DNA of 64,000 nt, taken from the NCBI GenBank assembly GCA_036403795.1, contig DASWQJ010000174.1, forward strand, positions 12,573-76,572, read 5' to 3'. The position numbers were made by a program, and so were the translations under genes. The notes under the pieces are model-generated. The model made no database searches and was not told where the DNA came from. It worked only from the letters and a program-made list of their open reading frames with translations. Source of the DNA: Stenotrophomonas sp. Its GTDB lineage: Bacteria > Pseudomonadota > Gammaproteobacteria > Xanthomonadales > Xanthomonadaceae. Below, in pieces: positions 1 through 8,910 of this stretch. How positions within the stretch are numbered: the stretch's first letter is position 1; each line of letters begins with the position of its first letter.

Positions 1-71
1 AACACCGTCAACAAATCCCCCGCCAAGAACTCGCGCCGCACCGCGCGTGCGGCCTGCCGCCAGATGTTCAT
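1..71 (-). CDS. ABC transporter permease, FtsX/YbbP-like (N-terminal fragment, runs off window)
   Basis: Minus-strand ATG at 71-69 overlaps the stop of the upstream ATPase gene (ATGA). It translates MNIWRQAARAVRREFLAGDLLTV and continues past position 1. The ATPase-then-permease order matches E. coli ybbA-ybbP. Only 23 codons are visible. Confidence 0.4.
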   Translation of the reverse strand, partial: MNIWRQAARAVRREFLAGDLLTV

Positions 72-742
72 GCGTCCACTTCCGCCTGCCGCTGCAGGCG
101 CCCGCCTTCGATGCGATAGACGTGGCGACAACGTTGGGCCAATTGCGGATCGTGCGTGACCAGCACCAGCGTCGTGTCGCTGCCGGCATTGAGGGCAAAC
201 AACAGGTCACTGATATGTTGCCCCGTCGCGTGGTCGAGGCTGCCGGTGGGCTCGTCGGCAAACAGGATGCGAGGGCGGGAGACGAAGGCGCGTGCCAGGG
301 CGACGCGCTGCTGCTCCCCACCGGACAACTGGCGCGGATAATGCCGCGCCCGTGCGGTCAGGCCCACCGCCGCCAAGACCTCGCGCACGCGTGCCGGATC
401 CTCGCGTCCGGCCAGTTCCAGCGGCAGGGCAATGTTTTCCTCGGCCGTCAGTGCCGGCAGCAGATGGAAGCTCTGGAACACGAAACCGACTTCGCGCGCC
501 CGTAGCGCGGCGCGGCGTTCTTCATCCAGTGATTCCAGTGGCTGGCCCGCCAATGCGATGCTGCCCCGGCTGGGCAGATCCAACCCGGCCAACAGCCCCA
601 GCAACGTCGTCTTGCCCGAACCCGATGCGCCGACGATGGCTACGCTGTCGCCTTCATCGATGGTCAAGTCGATGCCATCGAGGATGTCCAGCGTGCCTTC
701 GGGTCCGATGACCGACTTGCCTACGTCGCGTGCGTCGATCAC
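68..742 (-). CDS. ABC transporter ATP-binding protein (YbbA/LolD-like)
   Basis: Walker A GASGSGKTT, signature LSGGEQQRVALARA, Walker B ILFADEPT. It is divergent from a tesA-like gene, as in E. coli tesA/ybbA. The ORF is open to a GTG at 829. The GTG at 742 gives a YbbA-like length of about 224 aa, so the start is uncertain. Confidence 0.85.
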   Translation of the reverse strand: MIDARDVGKSVIGPEGTLDILDGIDLTIDEGDSVAIVGASGSGKTTLLGLLAGLDLPSRGSIALAGQPLESLDEERRAALRAREVGFVFQSFHLLPALTAEENIALPLELAGREDPARVREVLAAVGLTARARHYPRQLSGGEQQRVALARAFVSRPRILFADEPTGSLDHATGQHISDLLFALNAGSDTTLVLVTHDPQLAQRCRHVYRIEGGRLQRQAEVDA

Positions 743-788
743 CGTGGGGCGTGAGGAAAAAGGCAGGCTGTCGATGAGGAGTCTCCGG

Positions 789-1451
789 ATGCGTACGTTC
801 AAAGATGCAACGAAACAGGGGCGCGCCACTGCATGGCGTTGGCTGCTTGCATGCTGTCTGCTTCTGCTTCTGCCGCTGCTCGCCTATGCCAAAGGTCCAG
901 GCCCGGTATTGGTGGTGGGCGACAGTCTCAGTGCCGCCCACAACATACCGGTCCAGTCTGGCTGGGTGAGCCTGTTGGAGCAGCGTCTCAAGCAACAGAT
1001 GGCGGCACCTCCGCCGGTGATCAATGCCTCGATCAGCGGAGAGACCACCTCCGGCGCGTTGACCCGCCTGCCGGCGCTGCTGCAGAAGCATCGGCCAGCC
1101 GTGGTGGTGATCGAGCTGGGAGGCAATGACGCCCTGCGCGGCCTGACGCCTGCGCAGTTGCAAGCCAACCTCGAACGCATGATCGTGTTGTCCACGCAGG
1201 CCGGAGCAAGGGTGCTGCTGCTGGGCATCGACGTGCCTCCCAACTATGGGCCGGCTTATCGCCAGCGGCTGCGCAAGGTCTACGCCGACCTGGCCTCGCA
1301 ACATCAGGTCGCGCTGGTGCCGTTCTTCCTGGAAGGGGTAGCCCTGCAGCCATCGCTGATGCAATCCGATGGTTTGCATCCGACCGCGGCCGCACAGCCC
1401 AAGGTGCTGGAAAACGTTTGGCCTGCTTTGAAGCGGATTGTAAATGACTGA
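789..1451 (+). CDS. tesA: SGNH/GDSL arylesterase / acyl-CoA thioesterase I (TesA-like), secreted
   Basis: Signal peptide followed by VVGDSLSA (catalytic Ser block), GGNDALRG and a C-terminal DGLHP block. GAGGAG lies 7 nt upstream of the ATG at 789. An alternative ATG is at 774. Confidence 0.85.
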   Translation: MRTFKDATKQGRATAWRWLLACCLLLLLPLLAYAKGPGPVLVVGDSLSAAHNIPVQSGWVSLLEQRLKQQMAAPPPVINASISGETTSGALTRLPALLQKHRPAVVVIELGGNDALRGLTPAQLQANLERMIVLSTQAGARVLLLGIDVPPNYGPAYRQRLRKVYADLASQHQVALVPFFLEGVALQPSLMQSDGLHPTAAAQPKVLENVWPALKRIVND

Positions 1452-1542
1452 TTGGTAACGTTTTATTTTTTCTGGTTTGTCTTCACATCCCATCCACCCA
1501 GGATGCGGCATGTTTCACAAAGCTGAAGACCGAGGGAACTCC

Positions 1543-2256
1543 ATGCGTCAGACCAAAGAGACGTCCGGCCTTGTGCTGGTCGTGGAAGACAACCGCAACA
1601 TCTCCGAAATGATCGGCGAGTACCTGGAAGGCCGTGGCTTCGAGGTGGACTATGCCTGCGACGGCCTGGACGGTTATCGCCTGGCTGCCGAGAACAGCTA
1701 CGACGTGGTGGTGCTCGATCTGATGCTGCCGCGCCTGGACGGCATCGAGGTCTGTCGCCGCCTGCGCAACGATGCCCGCAAGTCCACCCCGGTGCTGATG
1801 TTGACGGCGCGCGATACGTTGGACGACAAGCTGACGGGACTGGGTTTCGGCGCAGACGATTACCTGACCAAGCCATTCGCCATCCAGGAGCTGGAAGCGC
1901 GGTTGCGCGCCCTGATCCGCCGCGAGCGCCGCCAGGTCGGATCCGAAGTGCTGAAGGTGGCCGACCTGGTGCTGGATCCGGTCAGCATGCGAGCCACGCG
2001 GGCCGGCACGGAGCTGCAGCTGTCGCCGATCGGCCTGCGCCTGCTGACGATCCTCATGCGCGAATCACCGCGCGTGGTGACCCGCCAGGAGATCGAGCGC
2101 GAGATCTGGGGCAATGGACTGCCGGATTCCGATACGTTGCGCAGCCACCTCTACAACCTGCGAAAGATCATCGACAAGCCGTTCGATCGTCCGCTGCTGC
2201 ACACCGTGCAGAGCGCCGGCTATCGCATCGCCGACATCGCCCAGCCGATGGGCTGA
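1543..2256 (+). CDS. OmpR-family two-component response regulator (ColR-like by recollection)
   Basis: Receiver domain (VLVVEDN...VVLDLMLP..DG...LTARD...KPF) plus a winged-helix output domain (LSPIGLRLL...GYRIA). Confidence 0.9.
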   Translation: MRQTKETSGLVLVVEDNRNISEMIGEYLEGRGFEVDYACDGLDGYRLAAENSYDVVVLDLMLPRLDGIEVCRRLRNDARKSTPVLMLTARDTLDDKLTGLGFGADDYLTKPFAIQELEARLRALIRRERRQVGSEVLKVADLVLDPVSMRATRAGTELQLSPIGLRLLTILMRESPRVVTRQEIEREIWGNGLPDSDTLRSHLYNLRKIIDKPFDRPLLHTVQSAGYRIADIAQPMG

Positions 2257-2309
2257 GTCTGCACTGACAGCACTTCGGTGCTGCCGGTGGCTTGCGATCC
2301 CAACCTGTA

Positions 2310-2346
2310 GTCCCGTGCCGCGGCAGATGACGCCGTGGCACGGGAC
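2310..2346 (+). other. Strong intercistronic hairpin between the response-regulator and kinase genes
   Basis: The stem pairs 2310-2324 with 2332-2346 (15 bp, one G-U pair). The loop is agatgac. No T tract follows. Confidence 0.6.
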
Positions 2347-2422
2347 CGACGGGCCAGCCTGCTCGACAGGGGGATCAAATCCGCGGTCGCCACGATCGCG
2401 GCGCTATTGCCTGGAAGTCCCC

Positions 2423-3694
2423 ATGCCTCACGGCTTGCCGCGCAAAATCCGCATCGCCTTCATCTTGCAGGCCGTGCTTGCCAGTCTGGCCATCCTGTTG
2501 GGTGGCTATCTGGTATCGGTGGTGATCAAGCACGGCCTGGTGCGCTCGCTGCTGCAAGATGAAGCCGCGCACTACTGGCAGCTTTACGAAGCCTCGCCCG
2601 CACAACCACCACCCAACACCGCCAACATCCGCGGGTACCTGGTCGCCAGTGGTCGTTCCACGCTGTCGCTGCCGACGAACCTTCGCACCCTCGGCCCAGG
2701 TTTCCATGAGTTGGAAGGCGATGACGAGCTGGTGCTGGTGGAGCCGCGCCCGGCAGGCAGCCTGTACCTGGTGTTCCTGCGCTCGGAAGCCGAACGCATG
2801 GCGTTCTGGTTCGGCATCGTGCCGGTGTTGTTGATCCTGCTGGCCATCTACGGCGTGTCGTGGATCACTTACCGCTTGTCCAAGCGGCTGGTGTCGCCAG
2901 TGAACTGGCTGGCGCGACGCGTATCGCGTTGGGATCCGCGCAATCCCGACGTCGAAGAACTGGCGCCGTCCAAGCTGCCGGCGGACCTGCAAGGAGAGAC
3001 GCGCCAGCTGGCCTCGGCGCTGCATTCGCTGGGAGTGCGCGTGCGAGATCACGTCACCCGCGAGCGCAACTTCACTCGCGACGCCAGCCACGAACTACGC
3101 ACGCCGCTGACCGTCATCCGTGTCGCCAGCGACATGGCACTGGGCGATCCGGACATGCCGCCGCGCCTGGAGCGCAGCCTGCGTCGGATCCAGCGCGCAG
3201 GTCGCGACATGGAGGCGGTGATCGATGCGTTCCTGATCCTGGCGCGCGAAGCGGAGATCGAACCGCAGAGCGAGACCTTCGACGCAGCCGAAGTAGTGGC
3301 CGACGAGGTGGAGAGCGCGCGCGAGCTGCTGGGCTCGCGGCCGGTGGAACTGCGCGTGCGACTCAGCAATGATCTGCAACTGCACGCGCCGCCCCGCGTG
3401 CTGCGCGTGGTCTTGAGCAACCTGTTGCGCAATGCCTGCGCCTACACCGACCAAGGCAGCATCGAAGTCGAAGTGGCGGCCGATCGGATCGTGGTTCGCG
3501 ATACCGGCATCGGCATGTCGCCCGAAGCGGCCGAGCGCGCCTTCGAGCCGTTCTTCCGCGCCGAACCGACGCGACCGCAGGGCACGGGCCTGGGCCTGTC
3601 GATCGTGCGCCGCCTGTGCGATCGATTCGGCTGGCGTGCCGAGCTCGATACCCAGCCCGGCGTCGGCACCTCGGTGTCGGTGGTGTTCGGCTAA
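2423..3694 (+). CDS. Two-component sensor histidine kinase (two TM segments, periplasmic loop)
   Basis: H-box FTRDASHELRTPLTVI. N/G boxes LLRNACAYT, DTGIGM, GTGLGLSIV. TM1 immediately follows MPHGLPRKIRIAF. The periplasmic loop carries the acidic cluster HELEGDDE. The open frame upstream (2114-2422) has no kinase features. Confidence 0.9.
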   Translation: MPHGLPRKIRIAFILQAVLASLAILLGGYLVSVVIKHGLVRSLLQDEAAHYWQLYEASPAQPPPNTANIRGYLVASGRSTLSLPTNLRTLGPGFHELEGDDELVLVEPRPAGSLYLVFLRSEAERMAFWFGIVPVLLILLAIYGVSWITYRLSKRLVSPVNWLARRVSRWDPRNPDVEELAPSKLPADLQGETRQLASALHSLGVRVRDHVTRERNFTRDASHELRTPLTVIRVASDMALGDPDMPPRLERSLRRIQRAGRDMEAVIDAFLILAREAEIEPQSETFDAAEVVADEVESARELLGSRPVELRVRLSNDLQLHAPPRVLRVVLSNLLRNACAYTDQGSIEVEVAADRIVVRDTGIGMSPEAAERAFEPFFRAEPTRPQGTGLGLSIVRRLCDRFGWRAELDTQPGVGTSVSVVFG

Positions 3695-3700
3695 GCCGGC

Positions 3701-4396
3701 TCAGCGCGCCAGTTCGGGCGCCACGACCTGGCGCCAGATGGCGTAGCCGGCAGGCGTCATGTGCAGCCTGTCCTCGCGGAAGAGCTCGGGCCGGGGTTGC
3801 CCATCGGCGCCCAGCATCGGCGTGTACACATCCAGGTAATCGACTGCTGGCAGGCCTCGCGCGCTGTCGCGCACCAGCGCATTGGCCTCGGCGATCTTCG
3901 GCAGCAGCTGCGCCCGCGACGGGCTGGGCTTGATCGAGATGAAGGCGATGCGGGTGTCGGGCAGTTCGCGGCGCACGCGCGTGACGAAGCCGACGAAATC
4001 GTCGCGGACCTGCTGCGGGCTGCGCCCGTTGGCCAGGTCGTTGTCACCGGCATAGAAGAGCACCAGGCGCGGGGCATAAGGCAGCACGATGCGATCGGCA
4101 TACCAAGTGCTGTCCCGCACCTCGGATCCGCCAAAGCCGCGGTTGATCACCGGCTGGCCCGGGAAGTCGGCTGCCAGCGACTCCCACATCCGGATCGACG
4201 AGCTGCCCACGAACAGCACGCCGTGCCTGGGCGGTGGTTGCTTGGCGTCCAGCGCGGCGAATCGCTGCATGTCTTCTTCCCAGGCCGGGTTGGATACCTG
4301 GTCGGGGACGCGGGGCGGCGGGGGCGTGCGGGCCTGGACGCCGAAGGCGAGCAAACTCAGGCCCAACAGGGCATTTCGCAGCAGTGGACGGACCAT
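3701..4396 (-). CDS. Secreted SGNH/GDSL-like hydrolase
   Basis: Signal peptide MVRPLLRNALLGLSLLAFGVQA, then FVGSSSI (Ser block), NRGFGGS, YAGDNDL and a late DRLHMT block typical of the SGNH fold. Confidence 0.75.
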   Translation of the reverse strand: MVRPLLRNALLGLSLLAFGVQARTPPPPRVPDQVSNPAWEEDMQRFAALDAKQPPPRHGVLFVGSSSIRMWESLAADFPGQPVINRGFGGSEVRDSTWYADRIVLPYAPRLVLFYAGDNDLANGRSPQQVRDDFVGFVTRVRRELPDTRIAFISIKPSPSRAQLLPKIAEANALVRDSARGLPAVDYLDVYTPMLGADGQPRPELFREDRLHMTPAGYAIWRQVVAPELAR

Positions 4397-4603
4397 GCGG
4401 ACTCCTTGGAGGGCATACCAGCAGGCCATTGATAGTGCGTCACCGGCCGGGTGGTCGCAAACGCCCCCGGGACCGGTGCCGGCCGGCGGGGGCGGTGGGC
4501 AGGCGCTTGTGGCAAAATCCGCGTTCCCATCCGCTACTGCCATCGCCCATGTCCCTGGTTTCCATTGTGACTCGCCACCGCGGCACGCAAGCGGGCTGAC
4601 GGC

Positions 4604-4984
4604 ATGGCGGATCATCCGGGACATCTCCCGCGCGGCCCCGGCCGCATCTTCAAGGCCGCGGTGTGGTCGATGCAGGGATTGCGGGCCGCCTGGCTGCACG
4701 AGTCCTCGTTCCGGCTGGAGGTCTACCTGTCCATCGTCCTGGTGCCGGCGGCGCTATGGCTGGGGCAGGGTCCGATCGAACGCGCACTGATGATCGGCTC
4801 GTTGCTGCTGGTGCTGGCGATGGAGCTCGCCAACTCGGCGATCGAGGCCGTGATCGAGCGCTATGGACCCGAGCACCATGAGTTGGCCGGTCGAGCCAAG
4901 GACATGGGATCGGCGGCGGTATTCGTGCTGATGGTCAACGTGTTGGTGTGCTGGGGGCTGATTGTCGCCCCGCGCTTGTTTTGA
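4604..4984 (+). CDS. dgkA: Diacylglycerol kinase
   Basis: 126-aa three-TM protein with DgkA hallmarks (AAWLHESSFRLE, ELANSAIEAVIER, AKDMGSAAV). Confidence 0.9.
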   Translation: MADHPGHLPRGPGRIFKAAVWSMQGLRAAWLHESSFRLEVYLSIVLVPAALWLGQGPIERALMIGSLLLVLAMELANSAIEAVIERYGPEHHELAGRAKDMGSAAVFVLMVNVLVCWGLIVAPRLF

Positions 4985-5000
4985 ACGCGCTTGTTTTGAA
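4971..5000 (+). repeat. Perfect 15-bp tandem duplication (cgcgcttgttttgaa x2) spanning the dgkA stop codon
   Basis: Units at 4971-4985 and 4986-5000 are identical. The dgkA TGA (4982-4984) lies in unit 1 and is repeated in unit 2. Confidence 0.9.
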
Positions 5001-5023
5001 TCCGTCTTTCCAAGGTTGTCGCG

Positions 5024-5773
5024 ATGTCTCTTGAATTCCTAGCCGATCCCAATGTCTGGATCACCTTGTTCACGCTCAGCGCGCTGGAAATCGTGCTGGG
5101 TATCGACAACCTGGTGTTCATCTCCATCGCGGTGAGCAAGTTGCCCGAAGCCCGCCGTCCCACTGCCCGCCGTTTCGGCATCGCGGTGGCCTGCCTGACC
5201 CGCATCGGGCTGCTCGTGTCGCTGGCCTTCCTGGCGCGGATGCAGAGCGAGCTGTTCAGTGTGGGTGGGATGGGTATTTCCGTACGCGACCTGGTGTTGA
5301 TCATTGGCGGCCTCTTCCTGATCGTCAAAGGCCTGATGGAGATCCGCGAGCTGATTTCCGGTGGCGAAGACCACGACCCGAGCACGAGCAAGGCCTCGGG
5401 CGTCTTCTGGATGGTCATTGCGCAAATCGCAGTGATCGATATCGTCTTTTCGCTGGACTCGGTCATCACCGCGGTCGGCATGGCCCAGCACATCCCGGTG
5501 ATGATCGCCGCCATCCTGATCGCAGTGGCGATGATGCTGCTGGCGGCCAATCCGCTGGGCCGTTTCATCGATGCCAACCCGACGGTCAAGATGCTGGCGC
5601 TGGCTTTCATCCTGATGATCGGCGTGGTGCTGATCCTGGACGGCGTCGAAGTGCATTTGCCCAAGGCCTATCTTTATTCGGCCATGGGCTTCTCGGTGTT
5701 GGTGGAGTGGCTGAACCTGTTGATGCGTCGCCGCGCCGCCGCCCACCAGGTGCCCGGCGCCGGCAAGTGGTGA
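5024..5773 (+). CDS. TerC-family integral membrane protein
   Basis: Multi-TM protein with the TerC-type motif LEIVLGIDNLVFI and a second repeat SLDSVITAVGM. Confidence 0.85.
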   Translation: MSLEFLADPNVWITLFTLSALEIVLGIDNLVFISIAVSKLPEARRPTARRFGIAVACLTRIGLLVSLAFLARMQSELFSVGGMGISVRDLVLIIGGLFLIVKGLMEIRELISGGEDHDPSTSKASGVFWMVIAQIAVIDIVFSLDSVITAVGMAQHIPVMIAAILIAVAMMLLAANPLGRFIDANPTVKMLALAFILMIGVVLILDGVEVHLPKAYLYSAMGFSVLVEWLNLLMRRRAAAHQVPGAGKW

Positions 5774-5892
5774 GTCCCCGCCCGTGCCGCCCGCCTCGCG
5801 CGGGCAGGCCAGCGCGATGCCCGATGGTGAGGGCGACTTAACCCTTGGCGTGGCAAGCTGGCGGCCATTCAGTGCCGCACCGGAGATGTGCC

Positions 5893-6555
5893 ATGTCGTT
5901 GTTCCGAATCTTGTTGCTGCTGGTCGTTGCCGCGATGCTTTCCGGCTGTGGCTACAACGCCATCCAGCAGAAGGACGAGTCGGTCAAGGCGGCCTGGTCC
6001 GAGGTGCTCAACCAGTACCAGCGCCGTGCGGACCTGATTCCCAACCTGGTCAACACCGTCAAGGGCTACGCGCAGCAGGAAGAACGGGTGCTCACCGAAG
6101 TGACCAACGCCCGCGCGCGGGTCGGCCAGATCCAGGTCAATGCCAACGATACGGCTTCGTTGAAGCAGTTCCAGCAGGCACAAGGCGAGTTGGGTGGCGC
6201 ACTGAGCCGCTTGATGGTGGTCAGCGAAAACTATCCGCAGCTGCAGTCGAACCAGAATTTCCGCGATCTGCAGGCACAGTTGGAAGGCACCGAGAACCGC
6301 ATCACCGTGGCACGCGGCCGCTACATCCAGGCAGTGCAGGACTACAATTCCTTCATTCGTTCCTTCCCGCAGGTCATTACCGCCAAGATCTTCGGCTACA
6401 AGGAAAAGCCGAACTTCACCGTGGAGAACGAGGCGCAGATCTCGCGGCCGCCGGCCGTGGATTTTGGTACGCAGCCGGCTCCGCCGCAGCCGCAGCCGCA
6501 GCCGCAACCGGCCCCGCAGCAACCGCAGCCGCCCGCACCCGCGCCGGCCCACTGA
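5893..6555 (+). CDS. lemA: LemA-family protein (lipoprotein-like N-terminus)
   Basis: MSLFRILLLLVVAAMLSGCGYN lipobox, then LemA blocks (VKAAWSEVLNQYQRRADLIPNLV, ENYPQLQSNQNFRDLQ). The C-terminal tail is PQ-rich. Confidence 0.85.
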   Translation: MSLFRILLLLVVAAMLSGCGYNAIQQKDESVKAAWSEVLNQYQRRADLIPNLVNTVKGYAQQEERVLTEVTNARARVGQIQVNANDTASLKQFQQAQGELGGALSRLMVVSENYPQLQSNQNFRDLQAQLEGTENRITVARGRYIQAVQDYNSFIRSFPQVITAKIFGYKEKPNFTVENEAQISRPPAVDFGTQPAPPQPQPQPQPAPQQPQPPAPAPAH

Positions 6556-6565
6556 GCGGCCACCG

Positions 6566-7468
6566 ATGCAGTTGATCCGGCGCACGGGATGGATGCTGCT
6601 GGCGTGGCTGGCTTTCTGCCTGCCCGCTGTCGCGCAATCGCTGGCGCCGATACCGCCGCTCGACTCGCCGGTCATCGACGGCACCGGCACGCTGGATGAA
6701 GCGGCCCGCGACCAGCTCCTCCAGCAGGCCACCGCCTTGCAGCAACGCAAGGGCAGCCAGCTGCAGATCCTCATCGTGCCGACCACCGAGCCAGAAGACA
6801 TCGCGCCCTACACCCAGCGCGTGTTCGACCAATGGAAGCTCGGCCGCAAGGGCATCGACGACGGTGTGCTGCTGGTGGTCGCCAAGGACGATCGGCGCGT
6901 GCGCATCCAGCCCGGCTACGGCCTGGAAGGCGCGATTCCCGACGCGATCGCTAACCGCATCATCCAGGAGTACATGGCGCCGCGTTTCAGGGCGGGCGAC
7001 TATGCCGGCGGCATCACCGAAGCCACGGCCATGCTGGTCAAGCTCATTGATGGCGAACCCCTGCCCGAACCGGTGGCCGACAACCCGCCCGCCGGTGGCG
7101 GCGGAAGTGGCGGCGGGTGGCTCGTCGCCCTGTTCGTGGGCTTTGTCGCGGCCAACCTGGCGCGCGGCATTTTCTCCGGTGCCCCGCGTCCTTTGCGCGC
7201 CCTGCTGACCGGTGTGGCGGCGGCGGGCGCGGCATTGCTGCTGACCTCGTTGTTCATTCCCAGCGGCCTGGCCGGGCTGATCGGCCTGGGCCTGGGGCTG
7301 GTGTCCGGAACGCCCGGCCGCTTCGTCCGCCAGGGCGGGTGGGGCGCAGGCGGGTTCGGCGGCGGCTGGGGCGGCGGAGGTTTCGGCGGTGGTGGTGGAT
7401 TCGGCGGCGGCGGCTGGGGCGGTGGCGGCGGGTCGTCCGGAGGCGGTGGCGCCTCGGGGAGCTGGTGA
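6566..7468 (+). CDS. TPM-domain protein (YgcG-like) with TM segments and a Gly-rich tail
   Basis: Signal peptide, then a TPM/phosphatase-like domain (VIDGTGTLD...ILIVPTT...GVLLVVAKDDRRVRIQPGYGLEG). TM helices follow. The tail is GGWGAGGFGGGWGGGGFGGGGGFGGGGWGGGGG. Confidence 0.8.
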   Translation: MQLIRRTGWMLLAWLAFCLPAVAQSLAPIPPLDSPVIDGTGTLDEAARDQLLQQATALQQRKGSQLQILIVPTTEPEDIAPYTQRVFDQWKLGRKGIDDGVLLVVAKDDRRVRIQPGYGLEGAIPDAIANRIIQEYMAPRFRAGDYAGGITEATAMLVKLIDGEPLPEPVADNPPAGGGGSGGGWLVALFVGFVAANLARGIFSGAPRPLRALLTGVAAAGAALLLTSLFIPSGLAGLIGLGLGLVSGTPGRFVRQGGWGAGGFGGGWGGGGFGGGGGFGGGGWGGGGGSSGGGGASGSW

Positions 7469-7959
7469 TGCGCTGGCTCCGGCACTTCTTTTCACCCTCG
7501 GCGCGACGTCTGTTCCCGCCTGCCACGCTGGACGCGATCACTGCCGCCATCGCGGCGGGCGAGCGCTTGCACAGTGGCGAAGTCATGTTCGCGGTGGAAG
7601 CCGATCTGGCACTTTCGGAGCTCTGGGCCGGTGCCACCCCACGTCAACGCGCAGAAGCGGCCTTTGCCCGGCTGCGCACCTGGGACACCCGCGCCAACAA
7701 CGGCGTGCTGATCTATCTACTGCTGGCCGACCATGCGATCGAGATCGTGGCCGACCGTGGGTTGCAGGGCCGGGTGTCGCCGGCCCAATGGCAAGAAGTC
7801 TGTCGCCGGATGCAGGCGCAACTTCAGGCCGGCGAACCGGGCGCGGCGGTGATCGGTGCGGTGGATGCGGTCTGTTCCCTGTTGGCCGAGCACTATCCGC
7901 CCGATCCGCGGGCACCCGACGAGGACGAGTTGCCCAACCGCCCCACCTTCCTGGGTTGA
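7468..7959 (+). CDS. TPM-domain protein (cytoplasmic-type partner of LemA/YgcG)
   Basis: The start ATG shares one nucleotide with the preceding stop (TGATG). TPM-like blocks are present: SGEVMFAVEA, NNGVLIYLLLADHAIEIVADRG. The order LemA-TPM-TPM is a recurrent arrangement. Confidence 0.75.
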   Translation: MRWLRHFFSPSARRLFPPATLDAITAAIAAGERLHSGEVMFAVEADLALSELWAGATPRQRAEAAFARLRTWDTRANNGVLIYLLLADHAIEIVADRGLQGRVSPAQWQEVCRRMQAQLQAGEPGAAVIGAVDAVCSLLAEHYPPDPRAPDEDELPNRPTFLG

Positions 7960-8022
7960 AGGCGGGTTCGGCGGCGGGGCTGGCGATGGCAGAATAGCGC
8001 CTGGTTCCGGCAAGGTTGTCCC

Positions 8023-8910
8023 GTGATCTATCTCCACCACATCGATCCCATCGCCTTTTCACTCGGTCCCGTGCAGGTGCACTGGTACGGATTGATGTAC
8101 CTGGCCGGTTTCCTGGCCGCCTGGTGGCTGGGGCGCCAACGCATCCGCGCCGGACGCTTGCCCGGTGTCGGCATGGAAGGCTTCTCCGACCTGCTGTTCT
8201 ACGCGATGTTGGGCGTGGTGATCGGCGGGCGGGTGGGCTACATGCTGTTCTATTCGTTTGACGCCTTGCTGGCCAATCCGCTGATCCTGTTCAAGGTGTG
8301 GGAAGGCGGCATGAGCTTCCACGGCGGCTTGCTGGGCGTGGTCGCCGGTTGCCTGTGGTGGGTGCGACGGCAGCGGCTGCATTTCTTCGATGTCATGGAC
8401 TTCGTCTCCCCGCTGGTGCCGTTGGGCCTGGGCTTCGGGCGGCTCGGCAACTACATCGGCGGCGAGTTGTGGGGCAAGTACACCGATGCCCATTGGGGCG
8501 TGGTCTTTCCGCACGCCGAAGCCAGCCTTCAAGGCTTGGCGTGGGATCAGATACAGGCGCAGTACGCCACCGGCGCGCTGGATCGCCTGGCCCGTCATCC
8601 CTCGCAGTTGTACGAAGCGCTGCTGGAAGGCGTGGTCATGTTCGTGGTGCTGTGGTTCTACTCGGCTCGTCCGCGGGCGCGCTACGCAGTGTCCGGCTTG
8701 TTTGCGCTGCTGTATGGCGGTTTCCGATTCCTGGTCGAATTCGTACGGATGCCCGACAACGGCCTCTACGTGGCGTTCGGTTGGCTGACCCGCGGCCAGA
8801 TACTGAGCCTGCCGCTGATCGCGCTGGGCCTGTGGTGGTTGTGGCTGTCGCGGAGCGCGCCGGTCTTGCAGCCCGCCCCGGCCCTGGCCGAGAAGGAGAA
8901 TGCTGCGTGA
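8023..8910 (+). CDS. lgt: Prolipoprotein diacylglyceryl transferase
   Basis: GTG start. Lgt blocks present: [48 protein letters not shown]. Confidence 0.93.
   Translation: MIYLHHIDPIAFSLGPVQVHWYGLMYLAGFLAAWWLGRQRIRAGRLPGVGMEGFSDLLFYAMLGVVIGGRVGYMLFYSFDALLANPLILFKVWEGGMSFHGGLLGVVAGCLWWVRRQRLHFFDVMDFVSPLVPLGLGFGRLGNYIGGELWGKYTDAHWGVVFPHAEASLQGLAWDQIQAQYATGALDRLARHPSQLYEALLEGVVMFVVLWFYSARPRARYAVSGLFALLYGGFRFLVEFVRMPDNGLYVAFGWLTRGQILSLPLIALGLWWLWLSRSAPVLQPAPALAEKENAA

Noticed and set aside
4985-5023. Possible yybP-ykoY (Mn2+) riboswitch in front of the TerC-family gene
   Set aside because: Only 39 nt separate the dgkA stop from the TerC start. That is far too short for the riboswitch of about 100 nt or more, and no conserved riboswitch core is visible.
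7330-7465. Gly-rich repeat at the end of the first TPM gene as a possible VNTR or repeat element
   Set aside because: Gly-rich C-terminal tails are a usual feature of YgcG-type TPM proteins. The region is in frame and coding, with no discrete DNA repeat unit.
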